Origin: an uncultured Verrucomicrobiota bacterium
Lineage (GTDB): Bacteria > Verrucomicrobiota > Verrucomicrobiia > Limisphaerales > UBA8199
Length of the DNA: 64,000 nucleotides
Reading direction: 5' to 3'
Assembly (NCBI GenBank): GCA_964653485.1
Contig: CAZZFF010000004.1
Coordinates: 26,069-90,068, forward strand
Shown: positions 27,540 through 36,313 of the stretch, piece by piece
Layout of the letters: the number at the start of each line of letters is the position of its first letter
How positions within the stretch are numbered: position 1 is the first letter of the stretch
Notes under the pieces: generated by a model
Database searches by the model: none
What the model was told of the DNA's origin: nothing
What the model saw: only the letters and a program-made list of their open reading frames with translations
Translations under genes and position numbers: made by a program

Positions 27540-27947
27540 TCAGAAGTCGGGCGGCAGTAGTGTTCGCAAGCGCATGGTTGCCTCGTCACGGTCAAGCCTG
27601 TCGGCGGCGATCGCAAGGGTCAACCCCTCCCACTCCGGCCCGTCGGCGTTTGGCTCTACCCCGTTCAAGCGGAGAAACACGATGCAGGCGCCGAGTGCCG
27701 CGCGTTTGTTGGCGTCGACGAAAGGATGGTTCTTGCATAGGTAGTACAAGTAAGCAGCCGCCACTTCCGCCAGGTCGGCATAGGGTGATCCGCCGCCGAA
27801 GCTCGCCTGAGGCGCGGCTACCGCGGATTCCAGCAAGGCCACGTCACGCACACCGTTCGCACCACCGAACCTCGCGATGGCCTCGGCGTGAATCTCGCGC
27901 ACTATCTCTACGGTGAGATGGAGGCAATTGTCGGGAAAGCGATTCAC
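27540..27947 (-). CDS. doc: Doc (death-on-curing) Fic-family toxin
   Basis: The Fic motif HPFVDANKR plus the upstream GVRDVALLESA pattern; 135 aa. Confidence 0.85.
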   Translation of the reverse strand: MNRFPDNCLHLTVEIVREIHAEAIARFGGANGVRDVALLESAVAAPQASFGGGSPYADLAEVAAAYLYYLCKNHPFVDANKRAALGACIVFLRLNGVEPNADGPEWEGLTLAIAADRLDRDEATMRLRTLLPPDF

Positions 27948-28171
27948 GCCAGCTTCTTCATCGTGCGGGCGTAATCCCTCATCGTGGACTTGATGACCTC
28001 GGAAACCTCCGCCCGCGATGGCCGCGGGCGCAGAGGCGTAAGCGTGAGAGTCCCACCGGCGTGAACCTCGATGTTCACCCGGTCGCCGACTTCGAGATGG
28101 GCCAACTCCATCAACGCCGAGTCAAAAATGATGCCCTGCGAATTGCCGACTTTGCTGATCGTCTTGACCAT
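27944..28171 (-). CDS. AbrB/MazE/SpoVT-type antitoxin
   Basis: MVKTISKVGNSQGIIFDSALMELAHLEVGDRVNIEV. A 4-nt overlap links it to doc. Confidence 0.8.
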   Translation of the reverse strand: MVKTISKVGNSQGIIFDSALMELAHLEVGDRVNIEVHAGGTLTLTPLRPRPSRAEVSEVIKSTMRDYARTMKKLA

Positions 28172-28270
28172 GGCGTAATACTAAGTTTTACGTCGCCCCG
28201 CGTCAAGCACACCGCGGCCAAAGTCGGCCAGGCCCAACGCGCCCACCCAAGCCAGCCGTTCCGCCGGAAG

Positions 28271-28441
28271 TCACTTCACGGAAGCGAGGTCATCTACCCG
28301 CTGGTAAAGTTTGGCGCCCAGTTGATTTTGCTTGCGTTGGTAATGAGCGGCCCGTTTTTTGGGGTCAGGGCCAAGCTTCCACGCGATTTGACGGCGGATT
28401 TCCCAGATTTCTTCGAGAGATTCGTCACGGCTCGGCTTCAT
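28271..28441 (-). CDS. Small hypothetical protein
   Basis: MKPSRDESLEEIWEIRRQIAWKLGPDPKKRAAHYQRKQ..., charged and helical. ATG 28441 lies inside ORF 28271..28480. Confidence 0.35.
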   Translation of the reverse strand: MKPSRDESLEEIWEIRRQIAWKLGPDPKKRAAHYQRKQNQLGAKLYQRVDDLASVK

Positions 28442-28498
28442 AGTTTTTCTCCAAAAGTCAGTTTTTTCCACCCGAGTCACGACTCCTGGGATGCCACA

Positions 28499-30682
28499 TC
28501 ACTGCCTCGCCACGAACCTGGCCTGGACGACCGAATAGGGCTGGAGGACGAGCGTCAGGGACCCGTCGCGAACCTCAGCCTCGGCGCTTATGGGCTGGAT
28601 GGCTGCGGGTTCTTCGAGTGTGTTAACCGCCCAGGGTGTCGGACCGGTCAGTGTCCGGAGTTGGGCCTTATCGGCGCTGGAGAAACCGTTGAGGTGGACG
28701 GTCAAGCGGATTGGGCGGCCGGCGCCGCGATGGACCAGGGAAAGGAGCAGGTCGCCGTTGGCGCCCAGGGCGGCCAAGGCATCCACGGCGTCGAATGTAT
28801 GGGCGCCACCCGCATTCTTGATGTCGGGGAGAATCATCGGCGCCCGCTCTGAAGGAGAGTGCAGTTCGGACTTGGCGGCGCGCGCCCCTGCGAAGTCTGC
28901 AAAGAGGAGGTTGGCGTAGTAGCACGGGTTGGGATAAACCCGCTCATACTCTTTGCGCAAGCCGCCGCCATGGTTCACCGTGGCCGAATGGGTCACCATC
29001 TCGACAAAAGGCTGCAGGCGCACGGCAGCGTGGTAGATGCAGGTGTCGTAGAGCGCCTCCGCAAGGGTGGCGGGGTTGACCAGGTTCTGCCGATCGAGCC
29101 GGTGGGCCTCCTGCCCGCCCGGGCCGGGCGCCAGGTGCGCGAACATCTGGAGTTCGGTGACCGCCAGGCGTCCATCGCGAACGCCGCCGCGCTCCATGTC
29201 CTGCCGCAACTCACCCCATTTGCGTTCGAGCAGGTCGGGCACGAGCATAAAGTCGCGGAACACGTCCATGGGGTCGGCGGCGGGGGTCACGTCGCCGCCG
29301 ATGAGCGGGTGATCGGTGATGGTGTGGAGCTGAGGGCCGGCCCCGGCGATCAGCGTGTCGTTCCAGGCTTTGCCCCACATCACGGGCGCTCCGCAAGCGG
29401 CGAGTTGGACGGTCGGGTCCGCCTTTAGCATGGCTTGGGCAAACCGCTGGTAGCGGTCGACGTAGCCGGATGCGGTGGTCCAGTGGGCCTGCCAGCGGCC
29501 CCAGAGTTCGTTGCCCACTTCCCAATGCAGCACGTGATAGGGTTCCGGATGGCCGTTGGCGGTCCTGAGGGCGCCCATGGGGGAGCCGGGAGGCCCGTTG
29601 CAGTATTCGACCCAGCGGGCGGCCTCCTCGGGCGTGCCGGTGCCGGCGTTGACACAGATCATCGGCTCGCATCCGACCGCGCGGCAAAAGCGGATGAACT
29701 CATCCGTGCCGAACGTGTTTGGCTCGACGCCGCCCCAGGCATAGTTGGGCAGCGTGGGACGGCCTTCCACAGGCCCGACCCCGTCCCGCCAATGATAGGC
29801 GCTGACGAAGTTGCCCCCCGGCCATCGCAGCAGCGGCAGGCGAGCTTCCTTGAGGAACCGCACCACGTCGGGGTCGGCGCCTTCAAGGTGATCCGCGGGA
29901 CGCAGGAACAGATGTCCGATAACCAGTTGCCCCGCCGATGGGCTGGACAGGACCAGGCAACAGGGTGCGTTCGGGCGGGAATCCTCCGCCAGGGTCAGGG
30001 TGCCGGTCAATGTCCGCCATTCGGTCGAGAGGCCGGTGAGAGCCGCCCGGGCGCGCGCGGCAGCCCCGCCTTGCGGCGTGATGGAAAGCTCCAGGGCGGT
30101 CAAATCGGGGGAGCGCGCCAGCAACTCGAACTCATACTGCCGTGTTCGATGCAGCGGCAGCCAGGTCCACTGCTTGATTCCCCCGCCGCCGTTTGTGAAC
30201 TCGATTCGCTGGGCCCGCCCGCCCTGGGGTCCCGTATCGGGGCTGACCCGCGCTGCCTCGCGCGACCCGGCGCGGGACCAGAACGCGGCCAGTCCGTCCC
30301 GGCGCGCGTCGAGCAACTCCTGGAGTTCGTCCTCGGGCCACCCGCAGCGAAGGGCTTGGCGGCGCAACTCGCCTTCGATTTGTTCGCGCCCGAATTGGAA
30401 CGTGACGACCCCGTCCGGGGTAGTCTGGCCGGTGGCAAAAGGGTAATCGGCGAAGGTCGGGTTTCGGAGGACCTGCGCGTCCATTCCGTTGTAAATGTTG
30501 GCGCCCAGGTGTTCGCAGAACTTCCCGGTCAGATTCCGCGGGATGGGATAAGACGCCAACTCGGCAGCGTGGATGACGAGCGCCGCCTCTTGGGCGGGGG
30601 CATCGGCTCCATGGACGGCCAGGACCAGGCCGAGTTCGATGGCAACCAAATGCGGCAACAAGGGGCGTAACCGTGGTCTCAT
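28499..30682 (-). CDS. GH51-like alpha-L-arabinofuranosidase
   Basis: LRWPGGNFVSAYHWRDGVGP...RP, WEVGNELWG (acid/base Glu context), TGTPEEAARWVEYCNG. The MRPRLRPLLPHLVAI signal-like start at 30682 avoids overlap with the next gene. Confidence 0.75.
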   Translation of the reverse strand: MRPRLRPLLPHLVAIELGLVLAVHGADAPAQEAALVIHAAELASYPIPRNLTGKFCEHLGANIYNGMDAQVLRNPTFADYPFATGQTTPDGVVTFQFGREQIEGELRRQALRCGWPEDELQELLDARRDGLAAFWSRAGSREAARVSPDTGPQGGRAQRIEFTNGGGGIKQWTWLPLHRTRQYEFELLARSPDLTALELSITPQGGAAARARAALTGLSTEWRTLTGTLTLAEDSRPNAPCCLVLSSPSAGQLVIGHLFLRPADHLEGADPDVVRFLKEARLPLLRWPGGNFVSAYHWRDGVGPVEGRPTLPNYAWGGVEPNTFGTDEFIRFCRAVGCEPMICVNAGTGTPEEAARWVEYCNGPPGSPMGALRTANGHPEPYHVLHWEVGNELWGRWQAHWTTASGYVDRYQRFAQAMLKADPTVQLAACGAPVMWGKAWNDTLIAGAGPQLHTITDHPLIGGDVTPAADPMDVFRDFMLVPDLLERKWGELRQDMERGGVRDGRLAVTELQMFAHLAPGPGGQEAHRLDRQNLVNPATLAEALYDTCIYHAAVRLQPFVEMVTHSATVNHGGGLRKEYERVYPNPCYYANLLFADFAGARAAKSELHSPSERAPMILPDIKNAGGAHTFDAVDALAALGANGDLLLSLVHRGAGRPIRLTVHLNGFSSADKAQLRTLTGPTPWAVNTLEEPAAIQPISAEAEVRDGSLTLVLQPYSVVQARFVARQ

Positions 30683-30720
30683 GACGTGGGGATGGCGCCT
30701 CGACCGGGCGGGAACCGGAT

Positions 30721-31503
30721 TCAAATCTGGGAATAATCGGCGGGGACCAGTAAGAGATTCGTAATGCCGCACAGAATCGTCTTGTCGCTGTATTCGGGCA
30801 TGGTGCTGAGCCGCTTCCAGTCCTGGTGCGCGCCGAACCGGCCCCAGGCCGCCTTCTGCTCGTCCATGCTCTTGAAGCCCAGCATGTAGGTCAGATTCGG
30901 CATTTTAGACCCAACCAGGGTTTGCCCGAAGAAGACCGGGTTGAGGCCAACCTCGCGGAAAATCCGGATTTCGCCCGCGTCGTTGAACATCTCTATCTTC
31001 TTCAACCCGGTTTTCGCGCTGGGGCTCTCGTAGGTCCGGAGTTGAAACACCCGTCCGGGACCGTCCACGGGGCGATCCAACCGGGGCATGCCGGTGAAGG
31101 CCACCATCAGCGAGCTTTCCATTCGCTTGAAGGCGGGCGCGTCGACCGGGGCATTGATGAAGTCCGCTCCGCTCGACAGGAACTCGCGGTCTTCGGCTAA
31201 TTGAGAGTCCAGGGCGGCCAGCGACTCCACGGACCGATGCCGCAACAGCACATAGATGGGGCTGAGACCCTGCGCCGGGTAGAAGACGCCCACCGGCTTG
31301 AACCCAATCCGGTTTAACGCGGGGATGGCCGCATCCCGCAGGAAAGCATCCATGCCCTTTTTCTGCGCCTCGGTTTCTATAATGAACTGCCGGAGTTCGT
31401 AATAATCGCGATCCGCGGAGTTTTCGGCGGCCGCCGCGGTTGCAGGGGTGACGGCTGCCAGGCTGGCAGCCCCGGAGAGGGTGACGAATTGTCTTCGGTT
31501 CAT
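30721..31503 (-). CDS. NIPSNAP-family protein with a Tat-like signal
   Basis: MNRRQFVTLSGAASLAAVTPATA, then two NIPSNAP-like halves (YYELRQFII..., VFQLRTYES...). Confidence 0.75.
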   Translation of the reverse strand: MNRRQFVTLSGAASLAAVTPATAAAAENSADRDYYELRQFIIETEAQKKGMDAFLRDAAIPALNRIGFKPVGVFYPAQGLSPIYVLLRHRSVESLAALDSQLAEDREFLSSGADFINAPVDAPAFKRMESSLMVAFTGMPRLDRPVDGPGRVFQLRTYESPSAKTGLKKIEMFNDAGEIRIFREVGLNPVFFGQTLVGSKMPNLTYMLGFKSMDEQKAAWGRFGAHQDWKRLSTMPEYSDKTILCGITNLLLVPADYSQI

Positions 31504-31595
31504 GAACAGCGCGAGTTGTAGCAAATGAGGGCAGGAGCGTCACGGATTTCTTTTTCGCGGGGCGGGCGGCCCTGAGGGCCGAAGGCCGAGGGGGT

Positions 31596-31690
31596 GAAAT
31601 CCGAAATCCGAAATCCGAAATTGAGTGCGGAGCCAATGCCCGGAAGTTCTGCGATCTCAGCTTTCGGGTTTCGGATTTCCTTCGGATTTC
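31596..31690. repeat. Inverted pair of GAAATCC heptamer tandem repeats (large hairpin)
   Basis: gaaatccgaaatccgaaatccgaaatt (31596-31622) and tttcgggtttcggatttccttcggatttc (31662-31690) are reverse complements separated by ~40 nt. The pair lies immediately after the ccsA stop. Confidence 0.75.
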
Positions 31691-31696
31691 AGGCTA

Positions 31697-33700
31697 TCAT
31701 GTCGCCGGCGAAGGCCTGGCGGCGGGGGTTGCGGGAGCGGGGGATGACGGGGCGCGAGAGTGGCCGCGGAAGCTCCTCCACCAGTGCAGGGGCAGGAGGC
31801 CCAGGGCAATGATCGCAGCCTGGCTTGAGATGAAGATCATCAGCCACTTGAAGGCCGCGTCCATGAAACCGTAGGAGTGCAGGCCGATGCCGAGCATATT
31901 CACGCCGAACCAGGAGAAGCTGGTGACGATGTTGCCGAAGACGGCGAGATTCATGATGCCGCGGTCGCGCACCGTGCCGCCCCAACGGGCGTGGAGGATG
32001 ACGGCGTTCCAGAGCACGATGAGCAGCGCGCCGTTTTCCTTGGGGTCCCAGCCCCAAAATCGGCCCCAGGATTGGTCGGCCCAAATGCCGCCCAGGACGG
32101 TGCCGGTGAAGCTGAAAAGGGTGGCGAAGCAGACGATACCATAGACCATCTTGGAAAGGGCCTTGCCAACGGTCACCGCGCTGGTCCGGTTGCGCAGGCC
32201 AACCGAGAGCATGGGGGTGAACACGCCAAGCAGGATATAGATAATGGCCACCAACCCGGCCGCGAATGTGGCGGCGTATCCGAGCGTGATGATGACCACG
32301 TGCGTGGCGAGCCAGAAGTTGGTGTCCAGCACGGCGCGCATCATCTCCATGGTGTCGCCGCCCAGGGCGAGGTTCTGAGCGATGATCAGCGTGACAAACC
32401 CCGCCGAGGAGGCGACGAGGTTCCCGATGCCCACGCGGTAGATTCGCTCGAGGATAATCCCCAGTATCATCGTGCCCCACCCGATGAAGATGGCCGAGGA
32501 GTAGAGGTTGGTCACAGGCGGCCGTCCTTCCAGCGCCATGCGGAAGACCAGGCCAAAGGTATGAACCAACCCAGCCAGGATGATCAAATAGAGGGAGGAA
32601 CGGCGCAGTGACTCGGAAAGAGCGGGCAGCAAGGTAAACGTCGCCAGCGCCAACAGGGCCAGGACAAACGCGGCGATGTAAATGATCATCGCATGGAGAA
32701 ACGGCTTAACACTGTTGAAGTAGAATTCAGCCCTGCCCTTGAAAACCTCCTTGCCGAACCTGGACGCGAGCCATCCCTGGTAGTCCGCCAGGGAATGGTT
32801 GAAATCCCCGGCCTTGTTCTCGCGATAGGCCGTTGCCATGGCCGCAAACCAGGTCATCGCAGGATGGATTTTCCCCGTGCGCAAAGAGTCGAGGAGACTT
32901 GCGCCGGCGGTTTGCCAGCGTGCGGGCGTTTCCTGCGGGTCCAGCGGAGGCACGATCATGGCGTAGCCCGCCTCGGCCATCGCCTGGAACTGCCGCACCG
33001 GCTCCGCCACCTTTCGGATGACGTCGTTGTTCATTGCCTCGCCCTTGTCGTTGGCCTGGAGGGCGGCCTGGACGGGGCCGAGATTGCTTTGAAACTCGGC
33101 CAGCTCCTTGGCGAAATTGTCCGCCTCTTCCGGCTCAACCGTGTACTTGAGGCGCTGATAGAGCTGGATGGCATTCGCGAGCTTGAGGACCTGCTTCTGA
33201 AAGGGGGTCTGATCGGCGGACTTGGTCTCGCCGGCTTTTTGTCCCTGGCGCATGATTTCGTCGACCGCCGGCCTCAGCTCGTTGAAGGCGAAATAGTGAA
33301 GGCCGGATTTCTCGACACCTTTGCCTTCGAGCTTGAGTTCGCCCAGGAGGTCGGAGTGGTGGATGAGGAAGATGGGACGGGTGTCGGCCATTTCGGGCCG
33401 GGCAATCACCTCGAGGAGCCATTCGCTGGATTTGAGCTTCTTGGGGTGGTGCCAGAATTGCCACGAGGGCACTTGTTCGAGCGGGACATCCCCCGTGCTG
33501 CGAATCTGGAGCAACGAATTGCGGGCCACCGAATCGAAGGGCTGGATGCGCCCGCCAAGCAGGACAGGCAACCGGCCAAATTCGCGGGCGTGGAGCGCGT
33601 CGTCCTTTCTGGGGAGCATTACCGCGACGATCTCGCTGGCAAAAAGGACGACCCAACACCAGGGCAAGAGCTTGGGTGGGAGTTTGAGCAACCATCTCAT
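31697..33700 (-). CDS. ccsA: Cytochrome c biogenesis protein CcsA/ResC (System II)
   Basis: WGRFWGWDPKENGALL, the tryptophan-rich heme-handling WWD motif. It is polytopic. ATG 33700 (MRWLLKL) avoids overlap with resB. Confidence 0.85.
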   Translation of the reverse strand: MRWLLKLPPKLLPWCWVVLFASEIVAVMLPRKDDALHAREFGRLPVLLGGRIQPFDSVARNSLLQIRSTGDVPLEQVPSWQFWHHPKKLKSSEWLLEVIARPEMADTRPIFLIHHSDLLGELKLEGKGVEKSGLHYFAFNELRPAVDEIMRQGQKAGETKSADQTPFQKQVLKLANAIQLYQRLKYTVEPEEADNFAKELAEFQSNLGPVQAALQANDKGEAMNNDVIRKVAEPVRQFQAMAEAGYAMIVPPLDPQETPARWQTAGASLLDSLRTGKIHPAMTWFAAMATAYRENKAGDFNHSLADYQGWLASRFGKEVFKGRAEFYFNSVKPFLHAMIIYIAAFVLALLALATFTLLPALSESLRRSSLYLIILAGLVHTFGLVFRMALEGRPPVTNLYSSAIFIGWGTMILGIILERIYRVGIGNLVASSAGFVTLIIAQNLALGGDTMEMMRAVLDTNFWLATHVVIITLGYAATFAAGLVAIIYILLGVFTPMLSVGLRNRTSAVTVGKALSKMVYGIVCFATLFSFTGTVLGGIWADQSWGRFWGWDPKENGALLIVLWNAVILHARWGGTVRDRGIMNLAVFGNIVTSFSWFGVNMLGIGLHSYGFMDAAFKWLMIFISSQAAIIALGLLPLHWWRSFRGHSRAPSSPAPATPAARPSPAT

Positions 33701-33768
33701 ACTTTGGTTTGTTTGAGGTTCGCCGCCGCCTGAAGGCGGCGTTCCGAGCAGGGGCTTGAGCAACCGAT

Positions 33769-35007
33769 TCACGCTTTGGTGTGTTTGAAGGCCAGACTGG
33801 CGGAGGCGGGGGCAGCCGCCTGGGCCGGAGCCGGGGCGTTGGCCGCGGGTGCGGTCTTGCGTTTCAATGTGAAGCCGAGCAGGTGGGTCAGAAACTGCCA
33901 GACCAGGCCCACGCCTACCAGGACGCAGGAGAAATAGGGTGTGAGCCAGCCTGGGTTGTGGACTACTTGCAGGACGGTGCCGTGGTCGTCCTTGTCCCAA
34001 CTGGCTTGGTAAAAGGTCTCCCCGGCGTAGCGCAGCGGGTTGTTCATGTAGATAAGGACCTCGCGGTTCTCACCGGTGCCGGGGCGCTGCAGCAGGACGC
34101 GGCTCGAGAAATTCCTGGGGATGTCGGTTCCGGGATACACATCGTGGCGAAACTCGATCAACTGGATGCTGAAGGGCTTGTAGAACCGGCGCAGCCGCAT
34201 CTCCAGGCGATAAGTCCGGTTGTTGCAAGCGACCTCCTGGGGCTGCTTGACATACTCCGAGACGAGCCAGGACCCAAGGGAGCCTTGCGCCGCAACCAGT
34301 TCCACCACCGCGCTCGGCACATCGCGTTCATCCATATCGGTCACGCGAGGCTCGGCCTGCACCATGGCGTGCTTGCCCACCCCTTCCGTCGCGGCCGGCG
34401 GCTCGGCGGCATTGGGGCCGCGCTCGGCCACTCTGGAGTTGGCATAGAATGCCTTCACCCTGACGGCAAAGGGAAGGAGCGGCTGCCGTATCTCCTTTTC
34501 GCGCATGAGGGCCCTTTGTGGAATGGCTACCACGCTGTCGGCCGCCGGGTCCGTCTGGTCGATGATGGCCAACTCGGTCTCGCGCTCGCTCTCCGAGTAA
34601 TTCCGGCTCTCGCCTTCGCGCAGGTGGAGCGTGCTCTCGCGGGAGAGCCTATCGGTCAGAAACTGTCCGAACAGGAGCAAAATAAGGCCGCAATGGACCA
34701 TCCAAATCCCGGCTTTGTCCCCTGTGAGCGTGAACCGCTTGAAATGGGAGGAAATCAGGTTGATGAGCAGAACGCCTCCAACCAGGTATCCCCCTGGGAA
34801 CATCGGTATCTTCATGCCCCAGTGCGGCGGCGTCCACCAAATGAAGAAGCTCCGGAAGAACTCATTCTGCACCTTGTACAAACCCAGGTCCACTTGCGCC
34901 AGCGTGCCCCAGAACACCAGCACGATTGCCAAAATCAGGCATACCACCGTCAAGCGCAACGAAGTGACGACCGCGATCAGACGATCCAGAAATTGTCGAC
35001 GGTTCAT
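33769..35007 (-). CDS. resB: Cytochrome c biogenesis protein ResB/Ccs1
   Basis: MNRRQFLDRLIAVVTSLRLTVVCLILAIVLVFWGTLAQ, a ResB-like N-terminus and topology, directly upstream of ccsA. Confidence 0.85.
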   Translation of the reverse strand: MNRRQFLDRLIAVVTSLRLTVVCLILAIVLVFWGTLAQVDLGLYKVQNEFFRSFFIWWTPPHWGMKIPMFPGGYLVGGVLLINLISSHFKRFTLTGDKAGIWMVHCGLILLLFGQFLTDRLSRESTLHLREGESRNYSESERETELAIIDQTDPAADSVVAIPQRALMREKEIRQPLLPFAVRVKAFYANSRVAERGPNAAEPPAATEGVGKHAMVQAEPRVTDMDERDVPSAVVELVAAQGSLGSWLVSEYVKQPQEVACNNRTYRLEMRLRRFYKPFSIQLIEFRHDVYPGTDIPRNFSSRVLLQRPGTGENREVLIYMNNPLRYAGETFYQASWDKDDHGTVLQVVHNPGWLTPYFSCVLVGVGLVWQFLTHLLGFTLKRKTAPAANAPAPAQAAAPASASLAFKHTKA

Positions 35008-35030
35008 GATGTTGACAGCACGTGACGAGT

Positions 35031-36182
35031 TTACTTCATCCGGGCGTATTGGGCCGTCGTGACAAATTGAGTGAATGCGGCCTTTTCGCGTTCGACGACC
35101 GGCTCGCCGCCCATGAGCTTGTAGAACCAGGTTTGATTCGGCTGACGGATGACCGCGGCGACGAGCCGCGTCTTTTGCCCAGTGCCGGGGGCGGCGCCGC
35201 TCATATCGACCATCATCGCTTTGCCACCCTGGACCTCGAGTGGCGTGACCAGCTTTTCGACCTCGCTCTCGGGTAATTGGGCCAACCCAAGCTGCTGGCG
35301 CCAGCGGTTCACGTTGCCCGCCAGCCCCCCTCCCTCGCCCGGCGAACTGCTGATATTGACCGCCGCCTGCTCAGCGCCGCTGCCGCGGATGATGAACTTG
35401 GCCGTCAGGAATTGTCCCGCCGGGGCTTCTTGCCAGCCCGCCGGCACTTGCCAGTTCGGCCTGGCGGAGCCGGCAACGGCGCTCTGTGCCATGGGCGCGG
35501 AGACCGGCGTCATCCCGCCGCCCCCAATCGGCGGGTGCGATGGCGGCAACCCGGAGGGTCCGGCGGGAGCCGCTAAATTCACGGACCCGAGGAATTCCAC
35601 GAAGCCAGGCTTCTGTTGGGCGACAAGCGCATCGTCCCCGGTCATTTTAAAAAACCACGAGATGCCCTCCCTTCGCAGCACCGCGGCCAAAATGCGGTTC
35701 GTTTCACCCGACCCAGGAACAGGCCCGGCCTGTTCGTAAAGGCGAGCCTCCTGGTGGGCTATCTCGACCGCTTGTGCCAGCTTGAGCAACTCCTCCGCCG
35801 TTACCGGCGGCAGGCCGACCTGGCCGCGCCACCGGTTGACATTGTCCAGGTCGCTCCCGGCCTGGCCGGGCAGTGGGACCACGCTCACGTCAGCCTGCTT
35901 GCCCCCGGCGCCCGCGACGCGAAACTCCGCCACGCGCATCTGGCCCGGAGGCACTTCTTGCCATCCGGCGGGCAATTTCCATTGCAACATGGGTGCGCCG
36001 CCTGAGGTATCGGGATGACCCGGCGGCAGCGCCGGCGGCGGCGCCTGCGAAGAAACCGGCTCCTTGGCGACCCGGTAAGCCTGAGCGTCATTGCGTCCGC
36101 ACCCGGCCAAGGCCGTCGCCACGACGAGCAGCCCGTACCACCCGAACTTGGGGCGCCCCGGGTCAAGAGATAAAAAGTTCAC
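35031..36182 (-). CDS. Lipoprotein with two tandem homologous domains
   Basis: Lipobox LAGC. Two copies share the pattern PAGWQE.P.GQ...F...G.G...A.V.....PG..G....NVNRWR.Q.GL. Confidence 0.6.
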   Translation of the reverse strand: MNFLSLDPGRPKFGWYGLLVVATALAGCGRNDAQAYRVAKEPVSSQAPPPALPPGHPDTSGGAPMLQWKLPAGWQEVPPGQMRVAEFRVAGAGGKQADVSVVPLPGQAGSDLDNVNRWRGQVGLPPVTAEELLKLAQAVEIAHQEARLYEQAGPVPGSGETNRILAAVLRREGISWFFKMTGDDALVAQQKPGFVEFLGSVNLAAPAGPSGLPPSHPPIGGGGMTPVSAPMAQSAVAGSARPNWQVPAGWQEAPAGQFLTAKFIIRGSGAEQAAVNISSSPGEGGGLAGNVNRWRQQLGLAQLPESEVEKLVTPLEVQGGKAMMVDMSGAAPGTGQKTRLVAAVIRQPNQTWFYKLMGGEPVVEREKAAFTQFVTTAQYARMK

Positions 36183-36313
36183 CCTGATTTTCTACCTTTA
36201 CTTGTCCCCAAACGCAAGGCTATATTCAGATATTGCCTGATGAGTAGCAAGACTTGGCTACCGCATGGCTGGGCGGCTACGCATGGAGGCTCACCTCATG
36301 TGCTGCTCGGGGC

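Noticed and set aside
28859-30670. Plus-strand ORFs of 189 and 411 aa
   Set aside because: They are antisense to the GH51-like gene.
31594-31812. 72-aa ORF MKSEIRNPKLSAEP... and the 243-aa minus ORF 30905..31636
   Set aside because: They are translations of the heptamer repeat hairpin and of an alternative frame of the NIPSNAP gene.
33701-34000. N-terminal 100 codons of the ccsA ORF
   Set aside because: They overlap the 3' end of resB. MRWLLKL at 33700 gives a normal TM start and a 68-nt spacer.
36183-36313. Search for a tRNA gene or att direct repeats at the cluster boundaries (also 53362-53706 and 55748-55969)
   Set aside because: No cloverleaf-like sequence and no shared direct repeat of about 12 bp or more was found by eye. 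A proper repeat search is needed before excluding att sites.
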